A DNA stretch of 64,000 nucleotides from Mustelus asterias (taxonomy: Eukaryota). The notes beneath the pieces are model-generated. The model worked only from the letters and a program-made list of their open reading frames with translations, did no database searches and was not told the DNA's origin. The position numbers were made by a program, and so were the translations under genes. Of this stretch, positions 36,600 through 50,245 are shown one piece after another. The stretch covers positions 1-64,000 of the forward strand of contig NW_027590920.1 of NCBI RefSeq assembly GCF_964213995.1, written 5' to 3'. Numbering within the stretch: position 1 is the stretch's first letter; each line of letters opens with the position of its first letter.

Positions 36600-37852
36600 G
36601 TGATGATGTGGAGATGCCGGCGTTGGACTGGGGTGAACACAGTAAGAAGTCTAACAACACCAGGTTAAAGTCCAACAGGATTATTTGGTAGCAAAAGCCA
36701 CTAGCTTTCGGAGCGCTGCTCCTTCGTCAGGTAAGTGGGAGTTCTGTTCACAAACAGAGCATATAAAGACACAACTCAATTTACAGAATAATGGTTGCAA
36801 TGCGAGTCTTTACAACTAATCAAGTCTTAAAGGTACAGACAATATGAGTGGAGAGAGGGTTAAGCACAGGTTAAAGAGATGTGTATTGTCTCCAGCCAGG
36901 ACAGTTTGTGAGATTTTGCAAGCCCAGGCAAGTTGTGGGGGTTACAGAGAGTGTGACATGAACCCAAGATGCCGGTTGAGGCCGTCCTCATGTGTGCGGA
37001 ACCTGGCTATCAGTCTCTGCTCAGCGACGCTGCACTATCGTGTGTCTTGAAGGCCGCCTTGGAGAACGCTTACCCGAACATCAGAGGCCGAATGCCCGTG
37101 ACCGCTGAAGTGTTCCCCAACAGGAAGAGAACACTCTTGCCTGGTGATTGTCGAGCGGTGTTCATTCATCCGTTGTCACAGTGTCTGCATGGTTTCCCCG
37201 ATGTACCATGCCTCGGGACATCCTTTCCTGCAGCGTATCAGGTAGACAACATTGGCCGAGTTGCAAGTGTATGTACTGTGCACCTGGTGGATGGTGTTCT
37301 CACGTGAGATGATGGCATCCGTGTCGATGATCTGGCACGTGTTGCAGAGGTTGCTGTGGCAGGGTTGTTTGGTGTCGTGGTCAGTGTTCTCCTGAAGGCT
37401 GGGTAGTTTGCTGCAGACAATCGTCTGTTTGAGATTGTGCGGTTGTTTGAAGGCAAGAAGTGGGGGTGTGGGGACGGCCTAGGTGAGATGTTCGTCTTCA
37501 TCAATGACATGTTGAAGGCTCCGGAGACGATGTCGTAGCTTCTCCGCTCTGGGGAAGTACTGGACGACGAAGGGTATTCTGTCCACCGTGTCCCGTGTTT
37601 GTCTTCTGAGGAGGTCGGTGCGGTTTTTCACTGTGGCGCGCCGGAACTGTCGATCGATGAGTCGAGCGCCATATCCTGTTCTTATGAACAGGATTATGTA
37701 AATTATTTTGTAAATTGAGTTTGTGTCTTTATATGCCCTGTTTGTGAACAGAACTCCCACTTTCCTGATAAAGGGGCAGCGCTCCGAAAGCTAGTAGTTT
37801 GTGCTACTAAATAAACCTGTTGGACTTTAACCTGGTGTTGTGAGACTTCTCA
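36600..37852 (-). mobile_element. Penelope-like retroelement, 5'-truncated, with inverted termini and 10-bp TSD
   Basis: Minus strand encodes RIPFVVQYFP..ANIVYLIRCRKGCPEAWYIGET..RMNEH (GIY-YIG endonuclease). About 150-bp inverted ends; cattatttta at 36590-36599 and 37853-37862. Confidence 0.9.
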
Positions 37853-38639
37853 CATTATTTTAATGCCCAGCAGATTATTTGGACTGAAATTGGTCTCAGT
37901 GTGTCTCTGTGTTGTGAGTGTGTGTGTATTTGTGGAAGTCAGAGTGTTTTTTTGTCTGCATGTCTGTGTGTGCGAGTTTGCCTGTGTCTGTCTGAGAGTG
38001 TATGTCTGTGAATGTGTTTGTCTTCGAACTCGCCTGTTGCTATTTCTGAGGTTAGTTTCAACTCTCTAAATAGATTCGTCTGCGTTAATATAAAAAAATA
38101 GGAACAAGAAAAATATAGCAGCACAATCCTCCTACGTTTCTATGTTTGAAAATGACCCTTCAGTAGCCTGAGGGTTCAGTGATCTCCCAGGTAGAAGCCA
38201 TTTACCTCATTTCGCCACTAGAGGGAGCTCCCTCACTGTGATTGTGTGGAATGAAGGAGTCTTGTGTTATTGTCAATATTTTCATGTTTAAAAGATGTTT
38301 TTGTTAAAAGCTCATTGTCCGTCCAGTGACTCTGTTCATCCACATTTCTAAAACAAAAAGGTAAAGGTTACGGTCAATTGAGCCAGGGTTTTATTCTGGG
38401 ACCTTCCTGCCCAGAAGTAACATCAGCTGGGATTGTAACTTAGCAGCAGAAACCCATCTTCTGTTCTATTCCCCCAATTCCCACAAAATAGTTTTTAGAT
38501 TTGGGTGAGTTTGTATAAAATTGACAACGGTGGAGATTCAAGACACTTAACAAGTGAATAAAGGCAAAAGATTCCACAGATTCTGCACAAACAAAATAAA
38601 CTTTACTATACAGTGAGAAAGGGAAAACAAGTTACAATA

Positions 38640-39135
38640 TGTGGAAGGTAAAACATTCAAGGACTTTAGAGAGGAAAGGGAGATGGGATGGTAGTTTACA
38701 AGGGCATGTGTCAAAGATATTTTATTGAGAAGTGGGTGATGATATCGGATTTGAAGGAGAGGAAGATATTGACAATATCAGCTGATGTAGAGAAGTTGTG
38801 CTGTCAGTAGCTCAGTGGGAATAGGATTGAGGGATCAAGAGGTGGGTCTCATGGACAAGATGAGCTCTAAGAGGACATGAGGGGAGGCAGGAGAGAAACT
38901 GCAGAAAGATGAGAGTTCAGAGCTCAGATAAAGGGGAGCGTTAGAGGAGGTTTGTTCCAGTGGGTTAGGGGAAGGGAGGGAAGCAGTGGAGACAGCTGAT
39001 TCGATTGTCTCAAACTTAGTGACAAAGAAGATTGTGAGTTTTATTCCCAATGAGCACTTGTGGGGAGGTGAAGATGGGAGAGGGACAAAGGGAGAGCAAC
39101 TCAAAAGGAATTCAGTTGTGCTGATGATATTAAAA
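38640..39135 (-). mobile_element. L2-like LINE fragment
   Basis: FFVTKFETI..SFSPASPHVLLELILSMRPTS; homologous pieces at 33830-34140, 46150-46290 plus 47360-47450, and 57610-57720. Confidence 0.6.
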
Positions 39136-39294
39136 AGATTCACAGCACTGAACACAAAGATAATTTATTTGACTTTTATTCAGAATATTAAACAGTATAA
39201 CTGGCTGGAGTTCATTAACATCAACAAAAACAAACCCAATTAACATATTACAGTCCTGGATAGGATTAACAGCAGATTCCAATCACCATGGTTA

Positions 39295-40165
39295 CTAGTG
39301 AATTCTTTCGTGTCTCAGCAGGTAGGATGACTGAGTGAATCTCTTCCCACTCTCAGAGCAGGTGAATGGCCTTTCCCCAGTGTGAGCTCGCTTGTGTCTC
39401 AGCAGGCTGGAGGACTGAATGAATCCCTTCCCACATTCAGAGCAGGTGAATGGCCTTTCCCCAGTGTGGGTGCGCTGGTGTAGAATGAGGTCATATGATC
39501 GCCTGAACCCAGTCCCGCAGTGAGAGCACCTGAATGGTCTCTCATCAGTGTGAACACGTTGATGGGAAGTCAGTTCATCAGAACTTTTAGAGCACTTCTC
39601 AGTCAGAGCATTTAATAGGTCTCTCCCCAGTGTGAATACGCTGGTGTGTCATTAGTTGGGATGACCGAGTGAATCCCTTTCCACACTCGAAGCAGGTGAA
39701 TGGCCTCTCCCCAGTGTGAATTCGCTGGTGTACAGTGAGGTTATGTGAATGCTTGAACCCAATCCCACAGTGAGAGCACCTGAACAGTCTCTCATCAGTA
39801 TGAACACGTTGATGGGACATCAGTTCCCAATAACTTTTGAAGCACTTCCCACAGTCTGAGCATTTAAAAGGTCTCTCCCCAGTGTGAACTCGTTGATGAG
39901 CAAGTAGATTGGATGACTGAGTGAATCCCTTCCCACACTCAGAGCAGGTGAATGGCCTCTCCCCAGTGTGACTGCGCCGATGAATTTCCAGCTGGGATGG
40001 GTAATTAAATTCCTTCCCACAGTTCACACATTTCCACAGTTTTTCCAAGGAGTGATTGCACTTACGTTTTGACAGGCCAGAGGATCGGCTGAAGCCTCGT
40101 CCACACACAGAACCTGTGTACGGTTTCTCCCCACTGGGAATAGTGCTTTTTCCTTCCATGTTCAA
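39295..40165 (-). pseudogene. C2H2 zinc-finger gene B with premature stop (truncated ORF 39599-40165)
   Basis: [14 protein letters not shown].. fingers; TGA at 39599-39601 replaces a Cys; the frame continues to a TAG at 39295-39297. Confidence 0.8.
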
Positions 40166-40499
40166 AATCCACTGATATTCAGTTATGATAAATTAGACGA
40201 CTCTGGCAGTTCCTGATATGATATTTACTTTCAGTTTCCTGACTGCAAATCGTCCCCTTCTAGTCCCTGTGAAACTGATTTAAAACAGAAAAAAGGGGAT
40301 TGAGAGTGAACCCATAGAGACAGGTGATGAATAGAATCCAAACCGAAGCAACAATAAATAAAACACGCAGGAGGCCAGGAACTGAGTATCGTCGAGATAT
40401 TCAGCAGACTAGGCAGCCTGTGAGAGTTACAAACAGAATTGAGGGCTCCGGTTGCTGACTTGCCCTCAGTCTATAATGAAACATCTAGAGTCACGCACT

Positions 40500-40540
40500 G
40501 ACTAATGGCGGTCGCATTTCCCACAATGCTCTGCGCCCCA
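40500..40540. promoter_or_regulatory. YY1 + ZNF143(SBS)-like promoter motif
   Basis: aatggcggtcgcatttcccacaatgctctgcg upstream of ZNF B. Confidence 0.45.
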
Positions 40541-40579
40541 GAAACCCCTCTATTCAAAAGTTGCTCACCGTAAATCACT

Positions 40580-41380
40580 AATCATAGAATCCTTACAGTG
40601 CAGAAAGAGGCCATTTTACCCATCGAGTCTGTACTGACTCTGAGAGCATCTTTCCCAGGCTCACCCCCTATCCCAGTAACCCCACGCACTTACTCTGCTA
40701 TTCCCCATCCTGACCTTTTTCTTCACCCTGCCTGCAACCGCAACAATATATTCTGTACCCGACTCTGTTCCTTTCCCCCTGTGTACTTTACCAAGTTATG
40801 ACTTTTTTCTGTATAACACGCAAGAAATAATTTTCACTGTATCCCAGAACACGCAACAATAATAAATCAAATTAGACCCTACACATCTTGGGACACTAAG
40901 GGACAAATTTAACATGGTCAATTCACCGAACCTGCACATCTTTGGGCAGTGAGAGGAAACCAGAGCACCCAGAGGAAATGCACACAGACAGGGGGAGATT
41001 GTGCAAACTCCACACCTGAGGTGAAGATGTTGGACTGGGGTGGGCACAGTAAGAAGTCTCACAACATCAGGTTATTTGGAACCACGAGCTTTTGGAGAGC
41101 TGATGAAGGAGCAACTTTGACAAACGGTCATCTGGACTCAAAATGTCAGTTCTTTACTCTCTTTACAGATGCTGCCAGACCTGCTGAGATTTTCCAGCAT
41201 TTTCTCTTTTGGTTTCAGATTCCAGCATCCGCAGTAATTTGCATTGATTCCAAATGAATTTATTGGAATTTAACCTGATATTGTGAGACTTCTTACTGTG
41301 TAAACTCCACACAGTCACACACCCACGGCTGGAGTCGAACCCTGGCGTTGTGAGGCAGCAGTGCTAACCACTGTGCCACA
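40580..41380 (-). mobile_element. HE1-like SINE with nested Rex1-tail and Penelope-like fragments
   Basis: SINE tail at about 40580-40690, body 40875-41015, head 41300-41380; inserts at about 40690-40870 and 41018-41300. Confidence 0.6.
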
Positions 41381-43612
41381 GTGATGGGAGTTTGCCGCAA
41401 ATTTTGGGTGATAACAATGGGCTGGATGTTGCTCAGAATGTGGAGCACTGCAGCAAAGTACACAGAGACAGAGACAGAGCAGCAGACTGGACTGAGAAAT
41501 GGAGTCTGCAGACTGGAACTGGCAGCATGAGGAGAGGTTATTTAGTCTAACACTCACAGCAATCTACAACCCACCCCCATTACCGAGACAGTGAGACAGA
41601 GATTACAAACACTCACCAACACAGCTCCACTGAAACGTCCCAGGAAAAAGGGGGAATCTGTGGCAGTTCCTGTCCTGATATAACCCCAGGACTGTCACTC
41701 AAACCCCCAACCCGGCCCAGTTCACAGCTCAGCCTCTCAGCTTGCAGCTTCCTGCACCTCGAGCCAACCTTGAACAGGTGTGGGAGGGTCTGTGGAACCA
41801 CAGAATGGGGGGAGGGGTGACCTCCTGCTGTGTCCCAAATAGTTTGTCCTTCCCCTCCCCCTTGGCGCTCTAAGCTCTCAATGTGGACAGATTGCTGGAC
41901 TTTGCAGAGCCTCACTGAGCTGCGCCTGTCCCTTATCCTGGGTCACCCCCTCTCCCTGGGTTTAGTGTGTGTGAAATCGCTGCTTGTTTCCCTGCTGAAC
42001 CTTCAGTTAAACACAAACAGAAAATGCTGGAGAACCTCAGCATTTCTGGCAGCACCTATGATCATCCAGACTGGAAGCATTAACTCTATTCGCTCACCAC
42101 AGATGCAGTCAGATCCGCTGAGATTTCCAGCATTTTCTGTTTCAGATTCCAGCACCCGCAGTATTTTGCTTTTATCTTCGTTTAAACACGCATTCTGTGA
42201 TGGCCATTGCTCCTTTCCAGAGCTTCCCACCTTCTGCTATTGTCCCTGACTCCCACATTAACTCTGTCATTCCTCCCCTTTACCCCGCTCACCCTGTCTA
42301 AAGTCAGGCTCAGAGTTTTCCCGCCATCTCCCCCTCCCCCAGCCTCCACATCCCAACACCCGGAATCTCTAACCCAGCGGTTCCAGTTTGTCTGGTTTGA
42401 GTTCAGATTTGCCGCAGCACCGACAGGATTTCACTTCAAACCAGCCGGAACTGACTGCTCACAAATCCCTAAATGTTTCTCCAGCAGCCCGGGCTTGTTA
42501 ATGTTGTTTAAAGTCAGTTTCAGTTACTCTCTTCAGTTTAAAAAACTTCTCCATTTAATTTAAGATAACATTCGCACCAGACACAAATATAAAACAGTGA
42601 ACATTATCCCCCCACCCTGACCCGAGCTGGGGTGTCCCGAGGAAGAGACATCTGTTCCGGGTGTGACAATTCTTACACATTCTCTGTGACATAAAGCAGG
42701 AAACGCTGGAAATACTCAACAAGTCAGGCAGCCTCTGTGGAGAGAGAAACAGACTGAATGTGACCTGTCATCGGAACTGGGAAATATAATATTTCCTGCA
42801 ACTAAAAGAGACACTTTACAGCCTTCAGAACAACACTGAGTCCAACAATTTTACACCACAATCTCTGCCCCCATTGTGTTCTGTGTTTCGTTGTTGCTTC
42901 TTTCACCTCATTTCCCTCTTGTTTTCTTTACTTTGCATTCAGACTATTGCTAACCGGCTATTCACACCTCATCCAGATCATCTTTTGTGTCTTTACTTGT
43001 CCCATTAACACTCGTTTTGGTCTTGGGCTGTGAATCATGTTATCAGTTTGCAGATTTTTCATTTTGTTCTCCTCCACCTCCCTCTCTCCCTTCTTCACGG
43101 GTCTGGCTTTCCCTGTGTGGTTCTGGGGAGCAAGCTGGATTTAAGACTTCTGAAAGAGAGAGAATGAGATGGTTTTTTTTCTCTCAGAGGGTCTTTGGTC
43201 TGTGGAATTCTCTTTCCCAGAGAGCAGTGGAGACAGAGTCATTGAATATTTTTAAGGTTGATTCATTGGATTCTTGAGAGGAAAGTGGAGTTTTGGTCAC
43301 AGTCAGATCAGTTGGGATCTTATCTGGAGCAGAGCAGCCCAAAGGTCTACTGCTGCTCTTGATTCATATGGATCTTTAACTGTGTGTTTCACTCTGTTTC
43401 TGCCTCCACACAAACTGCCGGGCCTGTTGACTCTTTGTGGCGTTGACTGTTTTATTTCAGATTTTAACACTCTAACCTCACGGTAAGCTATTGCAGAAGA
43501 TACGGAGGCATGTGATTGAGGGTGATTTAGCGGTTTGGATCAGGAATTGGCTAGCTGTAAGAAGATTTTAAACTCTCTGGGAACTGTGCCCAGGGACACA
43601 CACACACACACG

Positions 43613-43771
43613 CAATTAATCCAGTTCTCCTGGATTTCTGCTCTGTAACATATCACTGTGTAATCTAACAATTAATCCAGTTCTCCTGGATTTCTGCTCT
43701 GTTACATTTCACTGTGTAATCCAACAATTAATCCAGTTCTCCTGGATTTCTGCTCTGTTATATTTCACTGT
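43613..43771 (+). repeat. 56-bp tandem repeat x ~2.8
   Basis: caattaatccagttctcctggatttctgctctgt..tcactgtg units start at 43613, 43669 and 43725. Confidence 0.9.
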
Positions 43772-43814
43772 GCAATGGAACCCGCTCCTGCTGCAGTGAA
43801 CACACAAATACAGC

Positions 43815-44690
43815 CAGGGAGCTCCCTCTTGTGGTGATGTGAGGTAAATGGCCTCTGCCTGGGAAATCACTGAATTCTCAGATTCCTGAAGGATCTTGTT
43901 GGAGGATTGTGCTGCTATATTTTTCTTATTCCTATTATTTTTACTTGAATATATTTTAATGCAGACGAATCTATTCTCATAACTGACATCAATCTCGGAA
44001 ACAGATACAGACAAACTCATAGACACACAAATACTCAGAAAAATGCAGACACATACATATGATTCCAAGAATAAATTAGATATAGCTCTTGGGGCTAAAG
44101 GTATGGGGGGAAGGGGGATCAGAATATTGAATTCGATGATCAGCCATGATCAAAATGAATGGCGGAGCAGGCTCGAAGGGCCGAATGGCCTACTCCTGCT
44201 TCTAGTTTCTATCTTTCTATAATCTCACACAAACTCACGCACACACATCGACACACATGCACAGATACACACTCATACATACACACGCTCAGACACACAC
44301 TATCTCAGACACTCTCACAAGCACAGAGACAGACTGAGACCATGAAGGGTTGATGTCAGTCTCACTTCAAATAATCTGCTGGGCAAATTAAAATAACAGA
44401 AGCAAATCTGAAATTCAGTGTGTGAGTTTTATTGTGAAATGAGATAATGTATAAATATATCCCCATAGCTCAGAATGGGAGTGGAATTGATGATTTGTCT
44501 GCTGTCTGAACAAATATTAAATTGGAGAGATTATAAAGTTTGAATTGTAATATCTAATGGTGTAAAGTATCTGGGAGCAGAGTGGATGTGGTAAAGGCTG
44601 GAATACAAACTGGGGGAATGAGGGTGAAACTGCGGTGCAGAGTGAATGGTTCTTGTTGTAGGGAGGGATGGGAGGAGGGATAGAGAGAGG
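43815..44690 (-). repeat. Inverted paralog of 36310-36600 + 37853-38235
   Basis: Colinear reverse-complement similarity from aacaagaaccattcactctgcac to gagggagctccct. Confidence 0.85.
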
Positions 44691-44904
44691 GTTGTGGGGA
44701 TGACCTTCCAGAATGTCTTTTCCAGCCTTGACATCCAGGGAAGTTTTCAGTATTAAAACAGAAAATGCAGAAAATAAGAATCCACACTTTTCCATACAAT
44801 CCACACAATCAACACTAGTTGATTGTGCCCCAGATTATGGATTTCATTTTTCTCCACCACTGATGTTAAGATGATAGTTCTGTAATTTTTTGAACAGGGA
44901 TGTT

Positions 44905-45207
44905 ACGTTTTTCCCAAGGTGGAAATGGCTGCTACGAGAGGACACAGGTTTAAGGTGCTGGGGGGTAGGTACAAGGGACATGTTAGGGGGAAGTTTTTCA
45001 CACAGAGGGTGGTGGGCGAGTGGAATCGGCTGCCGTCAGTGGTGGTGGAGGCAAACTCAATAGGATCTTTTAAGAGACTCCTGGATGAGTACATGGGACT
45101 TAATAGGATGGAGGGTTATAGGTAGGCCTAAAAGGTAGGGATATGTTCGGCGCAACTTGTGGGGCTGAAGGGCCTGTTTTGTGCTGTAGATTTCTATGTT
45201 TCTATGT
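44905..45207 (+). mobile_element. CR1 3' end
   Basis: TRGHRFKV..FFTQRVVGEWNRLP; ttctatg tail. Confidence 0.85.
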
Positions 45208-46698
45208 TTACAATCTCTCAGCCTTTTGGCACCACAACTCTATGAGAAGGATTGGAAGATTGTGGCCAGAGCCTCCACAAGCTCCATGTGAAGGACAGTG
45301 TGTGTCAGAGTGCAGCAGTCCCTCAATGTCAGACTGGAGTGTCAGCCTAGATAATGTGCTCAGCTTGATGAGTATTTCCTGTTGTTATTGATGTGGATCA
45401 TTCAGAAACAATGGACTCTGATGATGTCATCCAGTCCTGCTGCGATGATGTCATAGAGACTATTACATCACAGCGGAGCCTTAGTGGTGAAAACAGTTTT
45501 GTTCCAGACGGCAGCAAGTCCATTACTGATAGATCAGCAACTAGAATTACTGGGTCACAGAGCACAATATTAGGATGGATGGTCAAAACCTTGTTTGGAG
45601 AGACAGACCTTAACAAACACCTTTAATTTGGACAGTTAGGGAGGGAGTTTCAGAATCTCATATCCAGGCCTTGTTACATTCACTCAAAATATTTTACAGA
45701 AATTGATAAGTTATAATGATCAGGAAGGTTTGAAAAGTATTAATCTCTTCTCTTTGGAACAATGTTGACCCCATTTTCTGTCTCAATCTGTTTCTCTTTG
45801 TCTCAGTTTACGAACTTCCATCCCATTCACTCTCACTGTCTCTTTTCCCCATTAATTTTGCTCCCTCTATTCACTTGCTCTCTGTCTGTAATAATCACAA
45901 TGGCTCCCGGTGATTCTCTGACTACAATCAGATCAGAAATTAATCCGAAGTGTGCAGTCCCACCCAGCTGGACAATAATGGAGAGGCACTGGAGGAAGAT
46001 GGTTTGGTCAATGGTGTCAATAACTGCAGACTGGCTAAAAAGGACAGTGACAGATAACTTACCTCAGTCATATTCACGCAGTAATTTGAGACTTTGGTAA
46101 GAGCTGTTTAATACTGTGTGAAAGACAAATGTAATCAGAGGGATTCACACAGGGAATTTCAGGACATATGGGCAGAGATTTGGGAGACGACAGGGATTTT
46201 GGAAGTTGTAATGAGAGATGGGCAGGAGGGGAACAAAGACACTGGTGTCAAGGATGGGCTCGTGGGAGGAAGGGAAGCAACAGAGGCAGCTTTTTAAATT
46301 TCATCTATGGGACATGGATGTTGTTGCATGGCCAGCATTTATTGCAAGTTGCCCTTGAGAAGGTGGTGGTGAGCTGCGTTCTTGAACAACTGAGTGGCTT
46401 GCTCGGACATTTTAGAGTCAACCACATTGCTGTGGCTCTGGAGTCCCATGTAGGCCAGACCAGGCAAGGACGGCAGATTTCCTTCCCTAAAGGACATCAT
46501 TAAACCAGATGGGTTTTTACGACAATTGTTTCACGGTCATCAGTAAATTCTTAATTCCAGATATTTTTTATTGAATTCAAATTTCACCATCTGCCCTGGT
46601 GGGATTGAAACCTGGTACCCAGAACATTAGCTGAGTTTCTGGATTAACCGTCTAGTGTTAATACCACTAGGCCATCACCTCCCCTCAATCTTAGTGAC

Positions 46699-47359
46699 TG
46701 AAGTCGGGAATGGGTTAATGAACTTTGTCACACTTAAGCATTAAGACCCAAACTCTGTGATTTTGTTGAGAAGACTGCAGAGTTCATGTTTTCGTCAGAG
46801 TTCGGTGTTTTTCATGTCTGTACCAGATAAGAGGAACAGCTATTCTTGTTATTAAGAAATGCGATTAACCCAGCTCGAAATAAGCTAAACAGTCTCCATT
46901 TTTATGTACCTTTGTTTAACACGATGGAGTTGACATGTATGCCGTCTGTCGTTGAATCACCATAGATTCATATATATATTCATCATACGTTATTCATCTT
47001 ATCCTGATATAAAGTATTATACAAACTTGTATGTAGATTAGTTAACTTGTTTGTGCAAAACCTATGATGTTGTTTCAAGGATATAAATGACGAACAATCG
47101 TGGCCTTGGAGATCGAACAAACTACGCAGAGGAAGATACTGCTAATACAACAAGAATCTCACCATGAACAATGACAGACATCTTAGAGAATTGCAATGTA
47201 ATGAGGGCGGGGCCCGGGACATATATAAATTCTGTTCTTACTTGTGTTCGATGAGAAGGCTGGGGGTCCACTGTTAGGAACCTCACTTCTCCCACAATTG
47301 TGAAAATAAACACTGCATTTTGAACCACTAATAGTGTCAGAGGTTTTTTACCTACAACA
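46699..47359 (+). mobile_element. Solo LTR (661 bp, TG...CA, 5-bp TSD GTGAC)
   Basis: gtgac at 46694-46698 and 47360-47364; GC box, TATATAAA at 47222, AATAAA at 47305. It splits an L2 fragment that is contiguous at about 34030 and 39015. Confidence 0.75.
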
Positions 47360-47457
47360 GTGACAAAGAAGCTCCATGCGCTCCTCACACTTGTTGTTGG
47401 AGGTAAGGATGGAGAAGACAAAGGAGAGGGAGAGCCCTTCAAAAGGATCCAAAGTGA

Positions 47458-49017
47458 ACATAGAACATAGAAAAGCTACAGCACAAACAGGCCCTTCGGC
47501 CCACAAGTTGTGCCGAACAATTTCCTTACCTTCTAGGCTCATCTATAACCCTCTTTCTTACTATCCTCCATGAACCTATCCAAAAGTTTCTTAAAAGACT
47601 CAATTGAATCCGCTTCCACCACCACTACCAGCAGCCGATTCCACGCACCCGCCACCCTCTGAGTGAAACACTTACCCCGAACATCTCCTCTGTACCTACT
47701 CCCCAGCACCCTAAACCTGTGGCCTCTCGTGACAACCATTTCAGCCCTGGGTAAAAGCATCTGAGAATCCATTCTATCAATACCCCTCAACATCTTATAC
47801 ACCTCTATCAGGTCACCTCTCATCCTTCGCCTCTCCAAGGAGAAAAGACCTAGCTCTCTCAACCTATCCTCAAAAGGCATACCACTTAATCCTGGCAACA
47901 TCCTCGTAAATCTCCTCTGCACCCGTTCTATGGCTTCCACATCCTTTCTGTAATGAGGCGACCAGAACTGGGCACAGTACTCCAGTTGGGGTCTGACCAG
48001 GATCCTATACAGCTGCAGCATTATCTCCCGATTTCTAAACTCAATTCCTCTATTGATGAAGGCCAGTATTCCATACGCCTTCTTAACCACAGCCTCTACC
48101 TGTGACGCTGCTTTGAGCGTCCTATGAACCCGGACCCCAAGATCCCTCTGTTCTTCCACACTGCCAAGCGTCTTACCCTTAATATTATATTCTTCCATCC
48201 TATTCAACCGACCAAAATGACCTACCACTCACTTATCTGGGTTGAAGTCCATCTGCCATTTCTCTGCCCAGTCTTGCATCTTATCTATGTCTCGTTGCAA
48301 CTGTTGACATCCCTCTACACTATCCACAACACCTCCAACTTTTGTGTCATCAGCAAACTTGCCAACCCATTCTTCCACTTCCTCATCCAGGTCATTTATA
48401 AAAATCACAAAGAGCAAGGGTCCCAGAACAGATCCCTGGGGCACCCCACTGGTGACCGACCTCCACTCTGAAAAAGACCCATCTAGAACCACCCTTTGCC
48501 TTCTGTGAGCAAGCCAGTTCTGAATACACAAAGCAACATCCCCTTGTATCCCTTGCCCCTTCACTTTCTCCATAAGCCTTGCATGGGGCACCTTATCAAA
48601 CACCTTACTGAAATCCATATAAACCACATTTACCGCTCTTCCGCCGTCTAAGTGTCTAGTCACATCTTAAAAAAACTCAATCAGACTCGTAAGGGATGAT
48701 CTGCCTCGGACAAAGCCGTGCTGGCTACTTCTGATCATACTATTCCTTTCCAAATGTTCATAAATCCTGCCTCTCAGGATCTTCTCCATCAACTTACCTA
48801 CCACTGAGGTTAGACTCACCGGTCTATAATTTCCTGGGCAATTTCTTCTCCCTTTCTTGAATAACGGAACCACATCCGCCATCCTCCAATCCACCGGAAC
48901 CTCTCCCGTCTCCATTGATGACGCAAAGATCATCGCCAGAGGATCAGCAATCTCTTCCTCACCTCCCACAGTAACCTGGGGTACATCCCATCTGGTCCCG
49001 GCGATTTATCTAACTTA
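47458..49017 (-). mobile_element. CR1 LINE, 5'-truncated RT region
   Basis: NYRPVSLTSVVGK..GVPQGSVLGP..KFADD..RRRMRGDLIEVYK, interrupted by stops and frameshifts. Confidence 0.92.
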
Positions 49018-49198
49018 AGTGAGTTAGAGACATTAAATAGATGCAACACAGTGTGTTCAATATAAAAATAGTAATATGAAACTGATTTATTTGACCTTTA
49101 TCCACAATATTAGCCCAAACAACTGGCTGGAATGTATTGACATCATCCAATAGACCCCAACGAACATAATCCTGGATGTCATTGACAGCAAAATTCAA

Positions 49199-50245
49199 TC
49201 ATTGTCGTTGTTTGTGAGCTTGTTGGTGTCTCATCAGTACAGAAAAATAAGCAAATCCCTTCCCACATTCAGCACATGTGAACGGCCTCTCCCCAGTGTG
49301 AACTCGCTGGTGTGTCAGCAGGTTCGATGACTGAGTGAAACCCTTCCCACACACAGAGCAGGTGAACGGTCTCTCCCCAGTGTGCACGTGCTGGTGCATC
49401 AGAAGTTTGGATGAGGAAGGGAAACCCTTCCCACACTCAGAGCAGATGAATGGTCTCCCCCCAGTTTGAACACACTGGTGTGTCAGAAGGACGGATGACT
49501 GAGTAAACCCTTTGCTACACTCAGGGCAGGTGGACAGCCTCTCCCCGGTGTGAATTTGCTGGTGTACAGTGAGATGAGACGATCGCTTGAATGCAGACCC
49601 ACAATGAGAGCATCTGAACGGTCTCTCATCAGTGTGAACAGGTTGATGCTGCATCAAGTCCTGGGAACTTTTAAAGTGTTTTCCACAGTCTGGACATGTA
49701 AAAGGTCTCTCATCAGTGTGAACTCGCTGGTGTGTCAGCAGTTTGTATTGCTGAGTAAATCCTTTCCCACACAAGGAACAGGTGAATGGCCTCTCATTGC
49801 TGTGAACACGTTGATGGCGCACCTGTTCCCCAGAACATTTGTAACACTTCCCACAGTCTGAGCATTTAATTGGTCTCTCCTCAGTGTGAACTCGCTGGTG
49901 ATTCAACAGGGTAGATGACTGAATGAATCCCTTCCCACACACAGAACAGGTGAACGGCCTTTCCCCAGTGTGAAGTCGCTGATGTGTCAGAAGGTAGGAT
50001 TGACGAGTGAATCCCTTCCCACATTTGAAGCAGGTGAACGGTTTCTCCCCAGTGTGACTGAGCCAATGACTTTCCAGGCCAGACGGGGATTTGAATCCCT
50101 TCCCACAATCCCTGCATTTCCACGGTTTCTTCCTGGATTGACTGCATTTGTGTTTCAACAGGTCAGATGATTGGCTGAAGCCTCGTCCACACACAGAACA
50201 CGTGTATGGATTTTCCCCACTGTGAACGGTGCTTGTTCCTTCCAT
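49199..50245 (-). CDS. C2H2 zinc-finger protein C (about 12 fingers, no KRAB), intact
   Basis: Open frame from [16 protein letters not shown] to HQQAHKQRQ*; 10 canonical and 2 degenerate fingers; acceptor at 50355-50356. Confidence 0.88.
   Translation of the reverse strand: MEGTSTVHSGENPYTCSVCGRGFSQSSDLLKHKCSQSRKKPWKCRDCGKGFKSPSGLESHWLSHTGEKPFTCFKCGKGFTRQSYLLTHQRLHTGERPFTCSVCGKGFIQSSTLLNHQRVHTEERPIKCSDCGKCYKCSGEQVRHQRVHSNERPFTCSLCGKGFTQQYKLLTHQRVHTDERPFTCPDCGKHFKSSQDLMQHQPVHTDERPFRCSHCGSAFKRSSHLTVHQQIHTGERLSTCPECSKGFTQSSVLLTHQCVQTGGRPFICSECGKGFPSSSKLLMHQHVHTGERPFTCSVCGKGFTQSSNLLTHQRVHTGERPFTCAECGKGFAYFSVLMRHQQAHKQRQ

Noticed and set aside
43772-43850. J segment after the RSS-like repeat, with a gtaaat donor
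   Set aside because: No F/W-G-x-G motif in any frame.
45390-46100. Short ORFs as possible exons of an unknown gene
   Set aside because: No recognisable domain or consistent exon chain.
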